DNA of 32,000 nucleotides from Breznakia blatticola. GTDB lineage: Bacteria; Bacillota_I; Bacilli_A; Erysipelotrichales; Erysipelotrichaceae. Position 1 is the stretch's first letter; the number at the start of each line of letters is the position of its first letter. Of the stretch, positions 24,884-32,000 are shown piece by piece. A model generated the notes under the pieces. The model had not been told where the DNA came from. It made no database searches and was given only the letters and a program-made list of their open reading frames with translations. The position numbers were made by a program, and so were the translations under genes. The stretch covers positions 1 through 32,000 of the forward strand of contig NZ_SODD01000021.1 of NCBI RefSeq assembly GCF_004365815.1, in the 5' to 3' direction.

Positions 24884-26137
24884 ATGAGCGTTAGAAAAAA
24901 AGCATTTGAACTGTTAATTGAAATTGCCATTCATGGTAAATACAGTAACTTATTATTAAAGAAAGAACTTGTTGGATTTGATGATCGCGATAAAGCACTT
25001 ATTTCTAATATTGTATATGGAACATTGCAAAATTATCGATACATCAATTACCAATGGAAAGACTATACAGAAAAACCAGTAAAACGAGAAATCAAGTTGT
25101 TGCTTGATATGAGTGTTTACCAAATGTTCTTTTTGGACCGTATTCCAGATTTCGCCATCATTGATGATGCAGTAGAAATCGCAAAAGGAAAATACGAAGG
25201 AAAATATGCTGGATTTGTGAACGCCATCTTACGCCAAGTACAACGCAAAGGAAAACGCACAATTGAAGGTGATGATTTTGAAGAATTAGCAATTCGCACA
25301 TCATTTCCAACCTGGATTGTTCGTATGTGGGCAAAACAATATGGAATGGAAACAACGATTCAATTATGCGAAGATTCCTTACATATTCCTAACCAGACAG
25401 TACGTATCAATACCATTAAATCTTCCAAAGAGGAATTGATGCAAAGTAATCAATATACAGAAGGAAAACTTTCACCAGTTGCTTTATATTTTAAAAAAGG
25501 AAGCATTGCAGCTACAGAAGATTTTAAATATGGACGTACAAGTGTCCAAGATGAAGCTAGTCAAATGGTTGCTTTAACACTTAATCCAACAGAAGATGAT
25601 GTTGTTCTTGATATGTGTAGTGCACCAGGAAGTAAAACTGGGCATATGGCTGCACTTATGAAAAATCGTGGGAAAATTATCGCGACTGATATACATCCAC
25701 ACCGTTTAGAATTAGTAAAAGCAACAATGCGTCGACTTGGATGTATCAATGTGGATTATCAAGTAATGGATGCAACAAAGGCAAGTGAACACTTTGAAAC
25801 AAATCGTTTTGATAAAATCTTAGTTGATGCACCTTGTAGTGGATATGGAACATTAAAACGCAAAAATGAGATTAAGATGTTTATGGAACCTGAAGATATG
25901 GATGGTATCATCAAAACACAAAAAGGAATTTTAGCACAAGCATACATCGTTTTAAAACCAGGTGGTGAAATGGTGTATTCAACATGTACCTTAAATAAAA
26001 AGGAAAATGAATTACAAATTAAATCATTTATAGAAGCACATCCAGATATGGAAATTCTTTCAGAGGAAACGATTTTCCCATTTACGTATGATAGCGATGG
26101 TTTCTTTATATGTAAGATGCGAAAAATGGAAGAATAA
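24884..26137 (+). CDS. rsmB: 16S rRNA (cytosine967-C5)-methyltransferase RsmB/Sun, 417 aa.
   Basis: It has an N-terminal NusB-like domain (SVRKKAFELL...YSNLLL) and the SAM-MTase motifs (DMCSAPGSKT, DAPCSG, TCT). The SD GAGGG lies 5 nt before the ATG at 24884. The track start at 24851 is possible but has a poor SD. Confidence 0.85.
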   Translation: MSVRKKAFELLIEIAIHGKYSNLLLKKELVGFDDRDKALISNIVYGTLQNYRYINYQWKDYTEKPVKREIKLLLDMSVYQMFFLDRIPDFAIIDDAVEIAKGKYEGKYAGFVNAILRQVQRKGKRTIEGDDFEELAIRTSFPTWIVRMWAKQYGMETTIQLCEDSLHIPNQTVRINTIKSSKEELMQSNQYTEGKLSPVALYFKKGSIAATEDFKYGRTSVQDEASQMVALTLNPTEDDVVLDMCSAPGSKTGHMAALMKNRGKIIATDIHPHRLELVKATMRRLGCINVDYQVMDATKASEHFETNRFDKILVDAPCSGYGTLKRKNEIKMFMEPEDMDGIIKTQKGILAQAYIVLKPGGEMVYSTCTLNKKENELQIKSFIEAHPDMEILSEETIFPFTYDSDGFFICKMRKMEE

Positions 26138-26148
26138 GGACGATTTCA

Positions 26149-27225
26149 TTGATAGGAAAGAATGGTAAATGTAGAAATATGAAAGATAGTATTTACAATT
26201 TAGATGCACTTGAAATGCAAGAGATGGCAAAAACACATGGATGGAAACCATTTAGAGGAAAGCAAATCTTTCGTTGGTTATACCGAGAACATGTTACAAA
26301 CTTCGATGCGATGAGTGATATAAATAAAGAATCAAGACAAATCCTTAATGAGCAATACAGTATTTCGAACTTACGTTTAGTGAAAAAACAAGTATCGAAA
26401 GATGGAACAAGAAAGTATTTATTTGCTTTAGCAGATGATGCGTTAATTGAAACTGTATTGATGAGTTTTGATTATGGAAAGAGTGTCTGTGTCACAACAC
26501 AAGTTGGATGTAATATGGCTTGTGCTTTTTGTGCGAGTGGACTACTCAAAAAACAAAGAAATTTGACGACTGCTGAAATGGTTGATCAAATCATGTATGT
26601 TCAACGTGAACTTGATGAAGACGAAGATCGTGTCAGTCATATTGTTGTTATGGGAACTGGAGAACCATTTGATAATTATGATCATGTGATGAAGTTTCTA
26701 AGCATTATGAATGATGATAATGGTTTAGCAATCGGGGCACGTCATATTACGATAAGTACATGTGGAATTGTGCCAATGATTGAACGGTTTGCAAAAGAAC
26801 AAAAACAATACAATCTAGCAATTAGTCTACATGCACCAAATAATGAATTGCGAAATAAATTAATGCCAATTAATAAAGCTTATCCATTAGAAGAGTTGAT
26901 GAAAGCACTTGATGTATATGAAACATACAACAATCGTCGCTTAACTTTTGAATATATATTATTGAAAGGTGTAAACGATAGTAAAGAACATGCAAAACAA
27001 CTTGCAAAACTATTGAAAGGACATCATTACTATATGAATCTAATTCCTTATAATAGTGTTGATGAACAAGGTTTTCAAGGAGTTAGTAGAGAACATGCAA
27101 TGACATTTTATGATGAACTTATGAAACTTGGGGTACGTTGTACGATTCGCAAGGAGCATGGTGGAGATATTGATGCTGCTTGTGGACAATTAAGAGCTAA
27201 TGAAATGAAAGAAGGTAAACAATGA
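26149..27225 (+). CDS. rlmN: 23S rRNA/tRNA (adenine-C2)-methyltransferase RlmN, a radical SAM enzyme, 358 aa from the TTG start.
   Basis: It has the radical-SAM cluster motif (CNMACAFCAS), the conserved FRGKQIFRWLY N-terminal region and the C-terminal catalytic Cys (DIDAACGQL). TTG at 26149 has the SD AAGGA 8 nt upstream. The alternative ATG at 26179 has no SD. Confidence 0.9.
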   Translation: MIGKNGKCRNMKDSIYNLDALEMQEMAKTHGWKPFRGKQIFRWLYREHVTNFDAMSDINKESRQILNEQYSISNLRLVKKQVSKDGTRKYLFALADDALIETVLMSFDYGKSVCVTTQVGCNMACAFCASGLLKKQRNLTTAEMVDQIMYVQRELDEDEDRVSHIVVMGTGEPFDNYDHVMKFLSIMNDDNGLAIGARHITISTCGIVPMIERFAKEQKQYNLAISLHAPNNELRNKLMPINKAYPLEELMKALDVYETYNNRRLTFEYILLKGVNDSKEHAKQLAKLLKGHHYYMNLIPYNSVDEQGFQGVSREHAMTFYDELMKLGVRCTIRKEHGGDIDAACGQLRANEMKEGKQ

Positions 27226-27959
27226 TACGAATGTATGGAACGACCGATCGTGGTAAGGTTCGAACAATGAATCAAGATAGTTTGTTCTATGGAACAAATG
27301 CGAATCAAGAATCCATCATGATTGTTTGCGACGGAATTGGTGGTGGAAATGCTGGTGATGTTGCAAGTTTTATGGCAAAAGAAGTAATTGCCAAAGAATT
27401 CGAAAACAAAGAAGTTAGCAAAACCATAAATCAAACCAAAGAGTGGTTACGCTATGCAATTGAAAAAGCAAACGATGAAGTATTCCGTGCGAGTACTACG
27501 AATGTGGATTATAAAGGAATGGGGACAACTGTTGCAGGTGTCTTATTCTCGCAAAATGAAACGTTTATTTTCCACTGTGGAGATTCACGAGTGTACGCTA
27601 TGTACGATGGAGAATTGATTGCCTTGACTGAAGACCATAACTTAGCAAGTGATTTGGTACAAGCAGGTGAAGTTAGTGTTTCGCAAGCAAGTTCTCATCC
27701 AAAAGGTAGCATGCTTACACGTGCTTTAGGTGTGTGGAATAAAGTGGATCCATCAATCAACAAAATAAAAAATAATTATCAATCTATTATGGTTTCAAGT
27801 GATGGGTTACATGGATTTGTGTCTGCTGCATTAATCCAAAGTATTCTGCAACAAGAAATCTCGATTGAAGATAAAGTACATGAACTAATCTTAGCAAGTA
27901 ATGAAGCTGGTGGTTATGATAACGTAACGATTATCGTTGCGGAAAAGGAGGGTGCATAA
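27222..27959 (+). CDS. stp: PP2C-family Ser/Thr phosphatase (Stp/PrpC), 245 aa.
   Basis: It has the PP2C motifs (RTMNQD, VCDGIGG, GMGTT, SDGL, DN.T). The ATGA start overlaps the rlmN stop. Confidence 0.9.
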   Translation: MIRMYGTTDRGKVRTMNQDSLFYGTNANQESIMIVCDGIGGGNAGDVASFMAKEVIAKEFENKEVSKTINQTKEWLRYAIEKANDEVFRASTTNVDYKGMGTTVAGVLFSQNETFIFHCGDSRVYAMYDGELIALTEDHNLASDLVQAGEVSVSQASSHPKGSMLTRALGVWNKVDPSINKIKNNYQSIMVSSDGLHGFVSAALIQSILQQEISIEDKVHELILASNEAGGYDNVTIIVAEKEGA

Positions 27960-29872
27960 TGAGTGAACAAACGATGATTGCCAACCGTTACATGGTTGTG
28001 TCTTCCATTGGGTCAGGTGGAATGGCAGATGTTTATTTAGCAATTGATACAATACTAAATCGCGAAGTGGCGATTAAAGTTTTACGAGGAGATGCAGGAA
28101 AAGATCCAGTAGCCTTGGTCCGTTTCCAACGTGAAGCAAGTGCAACAAGTAAATTGCACCATCCAAATGTCGTAGAAGTATATGATGTTGGAGAGTATGA
28201 TGGACGTAGTTATATCGTAATGGAATATGTACGTGGAAAAACATTGAAACAATTGATTCGCCAACGTGGTGCTTTGCCAGTTGATGAAGCAGTCTCAATT
28301 ATGAAACAACTGACAAGCGCAGTTGCACACGCACATGAAAACAATATTATTCACCGCGATATCAAGCCGCAAAACGTGTTGGTAAAAGACGATGGAACCG
28401 TAAAGATTACGGATTTTGGGATTGCGCTAGCTCATGATGCAGTGCAATTAACACAAAGTGATTCTGTTTTAGGAAGTGCACATTATATTGCACCAGAAAC
28501 AACACGTGGTGAAATAGCAACTGTACAAACGGATATTTACTCACTAGGGATTGTGTTTTATGAATTGCTTACTGGAGATGTTCCATTCAATGGTGAAAAC
28601 CCAGTGCAAATTGCGATGAAGCACATGCGTGAAGACATTCCTAGCGTACGTGATTTTAATAAGAAAATTCCTCAAAGTGTGGAAAACATCATCATTCTAG
28701 CAACAGCTAAAAATAAAAAGCACCGTTATGCTTCAGCAAATGATATGCTTTTTGATTTAGAAGTATGTTTGGCACCAGAAATGGCCAATGTCGCAAAGGT
28801 TGTCTTTGATGACTCAGATTCACCAAATGATGGAACTGTGGTATTTGATGAAACCGCAAAAGCAAAAATACCTGCACAAAATGATGCACAAACTGCTGCC
28901 CAAGAAGTAAAACCAGCAAAGAAAAAGCTATCAAAGAAAGCAAAAATCATTGCAATTGCAGCACTTGTATTCTTACTTGCATGTGCAACGACAGCAGGTG
29001 TATATTTCTCAGGAGCAATTGATGGATTTGGACCTACTGAATATGTAGAAATGCCAAATCTAGAAGGATATGAAAAAGATCAAGCAGAAGATGTATTGAA
29101 AAAATATGGTCTTGAACTTGGTAAAGTGACTACGGAAGTAACTGAAGATGATTCGATTCAAGAAGGTGAAGTATTCAAGCAATCGAAAAAAGCAGGAGAC
29201 AAGGTTGCAAAGGGTTCAAAGATTAACATAACAATTAGTGGTGGAACGTATTTTGTAATTGAAAACTATGTTGGTAAAAATATCGATGATATTCGATCAA
29301 AATTAGAAGCCAACAACATTACAGTGGAAGTCAAAGAAGAATTTACTGAAGATGATGAAGCAGGAACCATTCTTAGTCAAAGTGGACTTAGCGAAGGTAC
29401 AAAAATTAAACCAAACGAGAAAAAGACAATTACCTTTACCGTAAGTAAAGGAAAATACTTCATGATTACAAACTATGTTGGTAAACAACTTAGTGAAGTA
29501 AAACCAATCCTTGAAGCACAAGGAATTGTGGTTTCTGTTGAGCAAAAAGAATCTTCTGATTTTGCAGAAGGACAAATTATTGAACAAAAAGGCTTATCAG
29601 AAGGTGACTTAGTAGAACCTGGTAAGAATGCAACAATTACCCTTGTTGTTTCTAAAGGGGAAAGTGACTCTGCTTTACGAAGTGTCATTGGTTGGGAAAT
29701 CGAAGCTGCAAAAAGTGAATTGAGTGGATCTGGATATACAGTAAAACTTGAAGTAATCGATCGTCCAGATGGCGATACGAGTCCAATCAAAACCGTAATT
29801 AAGCAAAGTCCAGAAGCTGGTTCAACCATTAAAGATGGTGCAACTGTAACATTGTATTACTACCAAGATTAA
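27959..29872 (+). CDS. prkC: Hanks-type Ser/Thr kinase with four extracellular PASTA repeats (PrkC/Stk1-like), 637 aa.
   Basis: The kinase motifs are GSGGMADVY, AIK, HRDIKPQN, DFG and APE. A single TM helix is present (IIAIAALVFLLACATTAGVYF). Four segments of about 65 aa follow, each with a PASTA-like pattern ending in ...I.ISGG, ..F.VSKG, ..LVVSKG and ..LYY. The start overlaps the stp stop as TAATG. Confidence 0.9.
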   Translation: MSEQTMIANRYMVVSSIGSGGMADVYLAIDTILNREVAIKVLRGDAGKDPVALVRFQREASATSKLHHPNVVEVYDVGEYDGRSYIVMEYVRGKTLKQLIRQRGALPVDEAVSIMKQLTSAVAHAHENNIIHRDIKPQNVLVKDDGTVKITDFGIALAHDAVQLTQSDSVLGSAHYIAPETTRGEIATVQTDIYSLGIVFYELLTGDVPFNGENPVQIAMKHMREDIPSVRDFNKKIPQSVENIIILATAKNKKHRYASANDMLFDLEVCLAPEMANVAKVVFDDSDSPNDGTVVFDETAKAKIPAQNDAQTAAQEVKPAKKKLSKKAKIIAIAALVFLLACATTAGVYFSGAIDGFGPTEYVEMPNLEGYEKDQAEDVLKKYGLELGKVTTEVTEDDSIQEGEVFKQSKKAGDKVAKGSKINITISGGTYFVIENYVGKNIDDIRSKLEANNITVEVKEEFTEDDEAGTILSQSGLSEGTKIKPNEKKTITFTVSKGKYFMITNYVGKQLSEVKPILEAQGIVVSVEQKESSDFAEGQIIEQKGLSEGDLVEPGKNATITLVVSKGESDSALRSVIGWEIEAAKSELSGSGYTVKLEVIDRPDGDTSPIKTVIKQSPEAGSTIKDGATVTLYYYQD

Positions 29873-29889
29873 TTAAGAAAAGGGGATCT

Positions 29890-30747
29890 ATGAAACAAGG
29901 AACAATCATTCGAATTATCTCAAATCAGTATCAGATCTATAGCGATGGAATTACCTATGATGCAAAAGCAATGGGAAAACTACGAAAAGGCGTTAGTCCT
30001 GTTGTTGGTGATATTGTGGATTTTGAAAAAATGGATGACATTTATGGAATTCAAAAAATACATGAACGTAAAAATCAACTTGTGCGTCCTTTAATTGCAA
30101 ATGTAGATCAGGCAATTATTGTGATGAGTGCCAAAGATCCCGATTTTTCTACTGTATTAATTGATCGTTTGATTTTCTTGATTTCTTATGAAGGAATCAC
30201 ACCTGTTTTAGTTATCACGAAGATGGATATGATTGAAGATGAAAGTGATCCTGTATATGGATACATCGAAGACTACAAAAAAGGTGGATACGAAGTATAT
30301 GTTAACGGTAAAGAATTTGACACAAAAGATATTGAGGCTGCATTTAAAGGGAAGATTAGTGTTCTGACCGGACAAAGTGGAGCTGGTAAATCAAGTCTAT
30401 TGAATCGTATTGATAATCGCTTGGAAATTAAAACGCAAGCAATTTCAAAAGCACTAGGACGTGGAAAACATACAACCCGTCACACTCAACTATTTGAAAT
30501 CAATGATGGATGGGTAGCAGATACACCAGGATTCTCATCACTGGATTTAGAAAATATGGATGTACATATCTTTGCGCATACCGTACCTGATTTTGTGCCT
30601 TATGTGGGAAAGTGTAAGTTCAATGATTGTATTCATATAAATGAACCACAGTGTGCAGTACTGGAAGCTGTTGAAGATAAAGAAATTGTAAAGTATCGTT
30701 ATGATCACTATAAAGAAGTGGTGAAAATGATTCAAAATAAACGGTAG
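29890..30747 (+). CDS. rsgA: Ribosome small-subunit-dependent GTPase RsgA (CpgA/YloQ), 285 aa.
   Basis: It has circularly permuted GTPase motifs (TKMD ... GQSGAGKSSL ... DTPG) and a C-terminal zinc site (CKFNDCIHINEPQC). The SD is AAGGGGA. Confidence 0.9.
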   Translation: MKQGTIIRIISNQYQIYSDGITYDAKAMGKLRKGVSPVVGDIVDFEKMDDIYGIQKIHERKNQLVRPLIANVDQAIIVMSAKDPDFSTVLIDRLIFLISYEGITPVLVITKMDMIEDESDPVYGYIEDYKKGGYEVYVNGKEFDTKDIEAAFKGKISVLTGQSGAGKSSLLNRIDNRLEIKTQAISKALGRGKHTTRHTQLFEINDGWVADTPGFSSLDLENMDVHIFAHTVPDFVPYVGKCKFNDCIHINEPQCAVLEAVEDKEIVKYRYDHYKEVVKMIQNKR

Positions 30748-30758
30748 GGGGAATAAAG

Positions 30759-31412
30759 ATGAAAAAAGTTATTGTAGCACCATCAGTGTTATCACTGGAT
30801 TATGCAAAGGTTGAAACGCAACTTGCACAAGTTGTAAAAGCAAACACACCATGGCTTCACTTTGATGTGATGGATGGTCACTTTGTTGATGCGATTACCT
30901 TTGGTCCAAATGTGTTAAAAGGATTTAAGAAGGCAACCAATTTATTTATGGATGTTCATATTATGGTGGACCAACCAGTGAAAGTAGCGAAACAGATGAT
31001 TGATGCAGGAGCGGATATGATTACATTTCATGTTGAATCCCTTGATAGTGAAAATGAAATTCATCAATTGATTGCTAGTATAAAAAGACAAGGATGCAAG
31101 GCAGGTATCACTGCGCGTCCAGGTACGCAAATTGCCAATATCTTGCCATACTTAGCTTCTGTTGACTTGGTGTTGGTAATGAGTGTGGAACCTGGAAAAG
31201 GTGGACAATCATTCATGCCTGAAGCATTAGATAAAATTGCATACTTTGATACATACCGAAAAGAACACAATTTGAATTATGTAATTGAAGTGGATGGTGG
31301 AATTAATAAAGATACTGGAGAACTTTGTAAAAAGGCTGGTGTTGATGTACTTGTTGCTGGATCTTATGTATTCGAAGGTGATATTGAAGAGAGGATCCAA
31401 TCATTAGTATGA
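30759..31412 (+). CDS. rpe: Ribulose-phosphate 3-epimerase, 217 aa.
   Basis: It has the conserved PS.L..D...L......HFDVMDG.FV, DVH.MV, MSV.PG.GGQ.F and VDGG motifs. The SD is GGGGGA. Confidence 0.9.
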   Translation: MKKVIVAPSVLSLDYAKVETQLAQVVKANTPWLHFDVMDGHFVDAITFGPNVLKGFKKATNLFMDVHIMVDQPVKVAKQMIDAGADMITFHVESLDSENEIHQLIASIKRQGCKAGITARPGTQIANILPYLASVDLVLVMSVEPGKGGQSFMPEALDKIAYFDTYRKEHNLNYVIEVDGGINKDTGELCKKAGVDVLVAGSYVFEGDIEERIQSLV

Positions 31413-32000
31413 AACGTGTAATCCTTTGTGCAAACATGACAAAAGATGTACATTACAATAAAGATGTACATTATATTGGTGTGGATGGAGGAGCCTTGGT
31501 TTTACTTGAAAAGAATATTCCAATGGATTATGCGATTGGAGATTTTGATTCTATTTCAAGTGAACAATTCGCACAACTTAAGGAAGCTACAACTCTTATT
31601 CAGTTAGAAAGTGAAAAAGATGACAGTGATAGTGAACATGCACTAAAGTTTGCACTTGAACATTATGATGAAGTTGCGCTTACTGGTGTGATTGGTGGGC
31701 GTATGGATCACTTTATTGCAATCTATAATTTGATGGCATATCAAAAACTAAACTTTGCGATTTTTGATTCACAAAATTATATCTACCCTTTAGAAGTAGG
31801 AGAGTATCGTATGGATAAACGTACGACATATCTTTCATTCTTTGCTTGCGAGGATAGTGAAGTTACTTTGCAAGGTGTGAAATATCCATTAGTGCATCGA
31901 AAGCTTTCCAGCAAAGATGTTTATACGGTTAGTAATGAGATTATAGAACCATATGCGGTACTCGAAGTGCATAGTGGACGTGTCATTGTGATTGAAAGTG
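31409..32000 (+). CDS. thiN: Thiamine pyrophosphokinase, partial: the 3' end lies beyond the window and about 197 codons are visible.
   Basis: I translated this by hand; it is absent from the ORF track because it has no in-window stop. The sequence begins MKRVILCANM...YIGVDGGAL...AIGDFDSIS...EKDDSDSEHAL...GVIGGRMDHF, which matches TPK catalytic-domain motifs. The ATGA start overlaps the rpe stop. Its position after rpe matches the B. subtilis yloS/thiN synteny. Confidence 0.8.
   Translation, partial: MKRVILCANMTKDVHYNKDVHYIGVDGGALVLLEKNIPMDYAIGDFDSISSEQFAQLKEATTLIQLESEKDDSDSEHALKFALEHYDEVALTGVIGGRMDHFIAIYNLMAYQKLNFAIFDSQNYIYPLEVGEYRMDKRTTYLSFFACEDSEVTLQGVKYPLVHRKLSSKDVYTVSNEIIEPYAVLEVHSGRVIVIES

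Noticed and set aside
29243-29660. Repeated DNA segments, for example AACTATGTTGGTAAA at about 29265 and 29471.
   Set aside because: They correspond to successive PASTA domains of PrkC (protein-level domain repeats) and are not a mobile or regulatory repeat.
1-32000. Search for CRISPR arrays, IS elements or transposases, integrases, toxin-antitoxin pairs, restriction-modification or other defence-island content.
   Set aside because: None were seen. Every ORF of 60 aa or more that is not an antisense shadow has a housekeeping or recognisable family assignment, apart from the 82-aa membrane protein. No inverted terminal repeats or spacer-repeat periodicity were noticed.

Overview
AT-rich, low-GC Bacillota-type chromosomal segment (probably a gut anaerobe, possibly Erysipelotrichales- or Clostridia-like; this cannot be settled by eye). 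It is densely packed with 26 intact protein genes, nearly all core housekeeping. Left to right: (1) a structured non-coding stretch at the left edge; (2) a 43-aa mini-rubredoxin gene that is missing from the ORF track; (3) a 764-aa secreted Pmp-repeat/beta-helix surface protein; (4) a divergent aspartate-family block, hom-aspartokinase-asd on the minus strand and thrC-thrB-ACT-domain gene on the plus strand; (5) the tail of the division cluster, sepF-ylmH-divIVA; (6) an Ile T-box leader and ileS; (7) a small orphan membrane protein and a GNAT acetyltransferase; (8) glutamate synthase gltB-gltD; (9) an NfeD/SPFH (stomatin) pair; (10) the conserved Firmicutes operon priA-rsmB-rlmN-stp-prkC-rsgA-rpe-thiN, whose last gene runs off the right edge. 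I see no rRNA or tRNA genes, CRISPR arrays, transposases, integrases, prophage genes or defence-like gene clusters. I cannot support the claim that a novel multi-gene system sits in this window. The items worth a second look are small-scale. They are a terminator-like hairpin that every gltBD transcript must cross, a priA start with no Shine-Dalgarno sequence placed for a leaderless mRNA, and a T-box that abuts the divIVA stop codon. The others are overlapping divergent thr promoters, an ACT-domain gene coupled to thrB, the mini-rubredoxin, the Pmp-like adhesin with a non-canonical sorting-like tail, and an unexplained triple direct repeat at the left edge. All coordinates and motifs were read by eye, and no database search was run.
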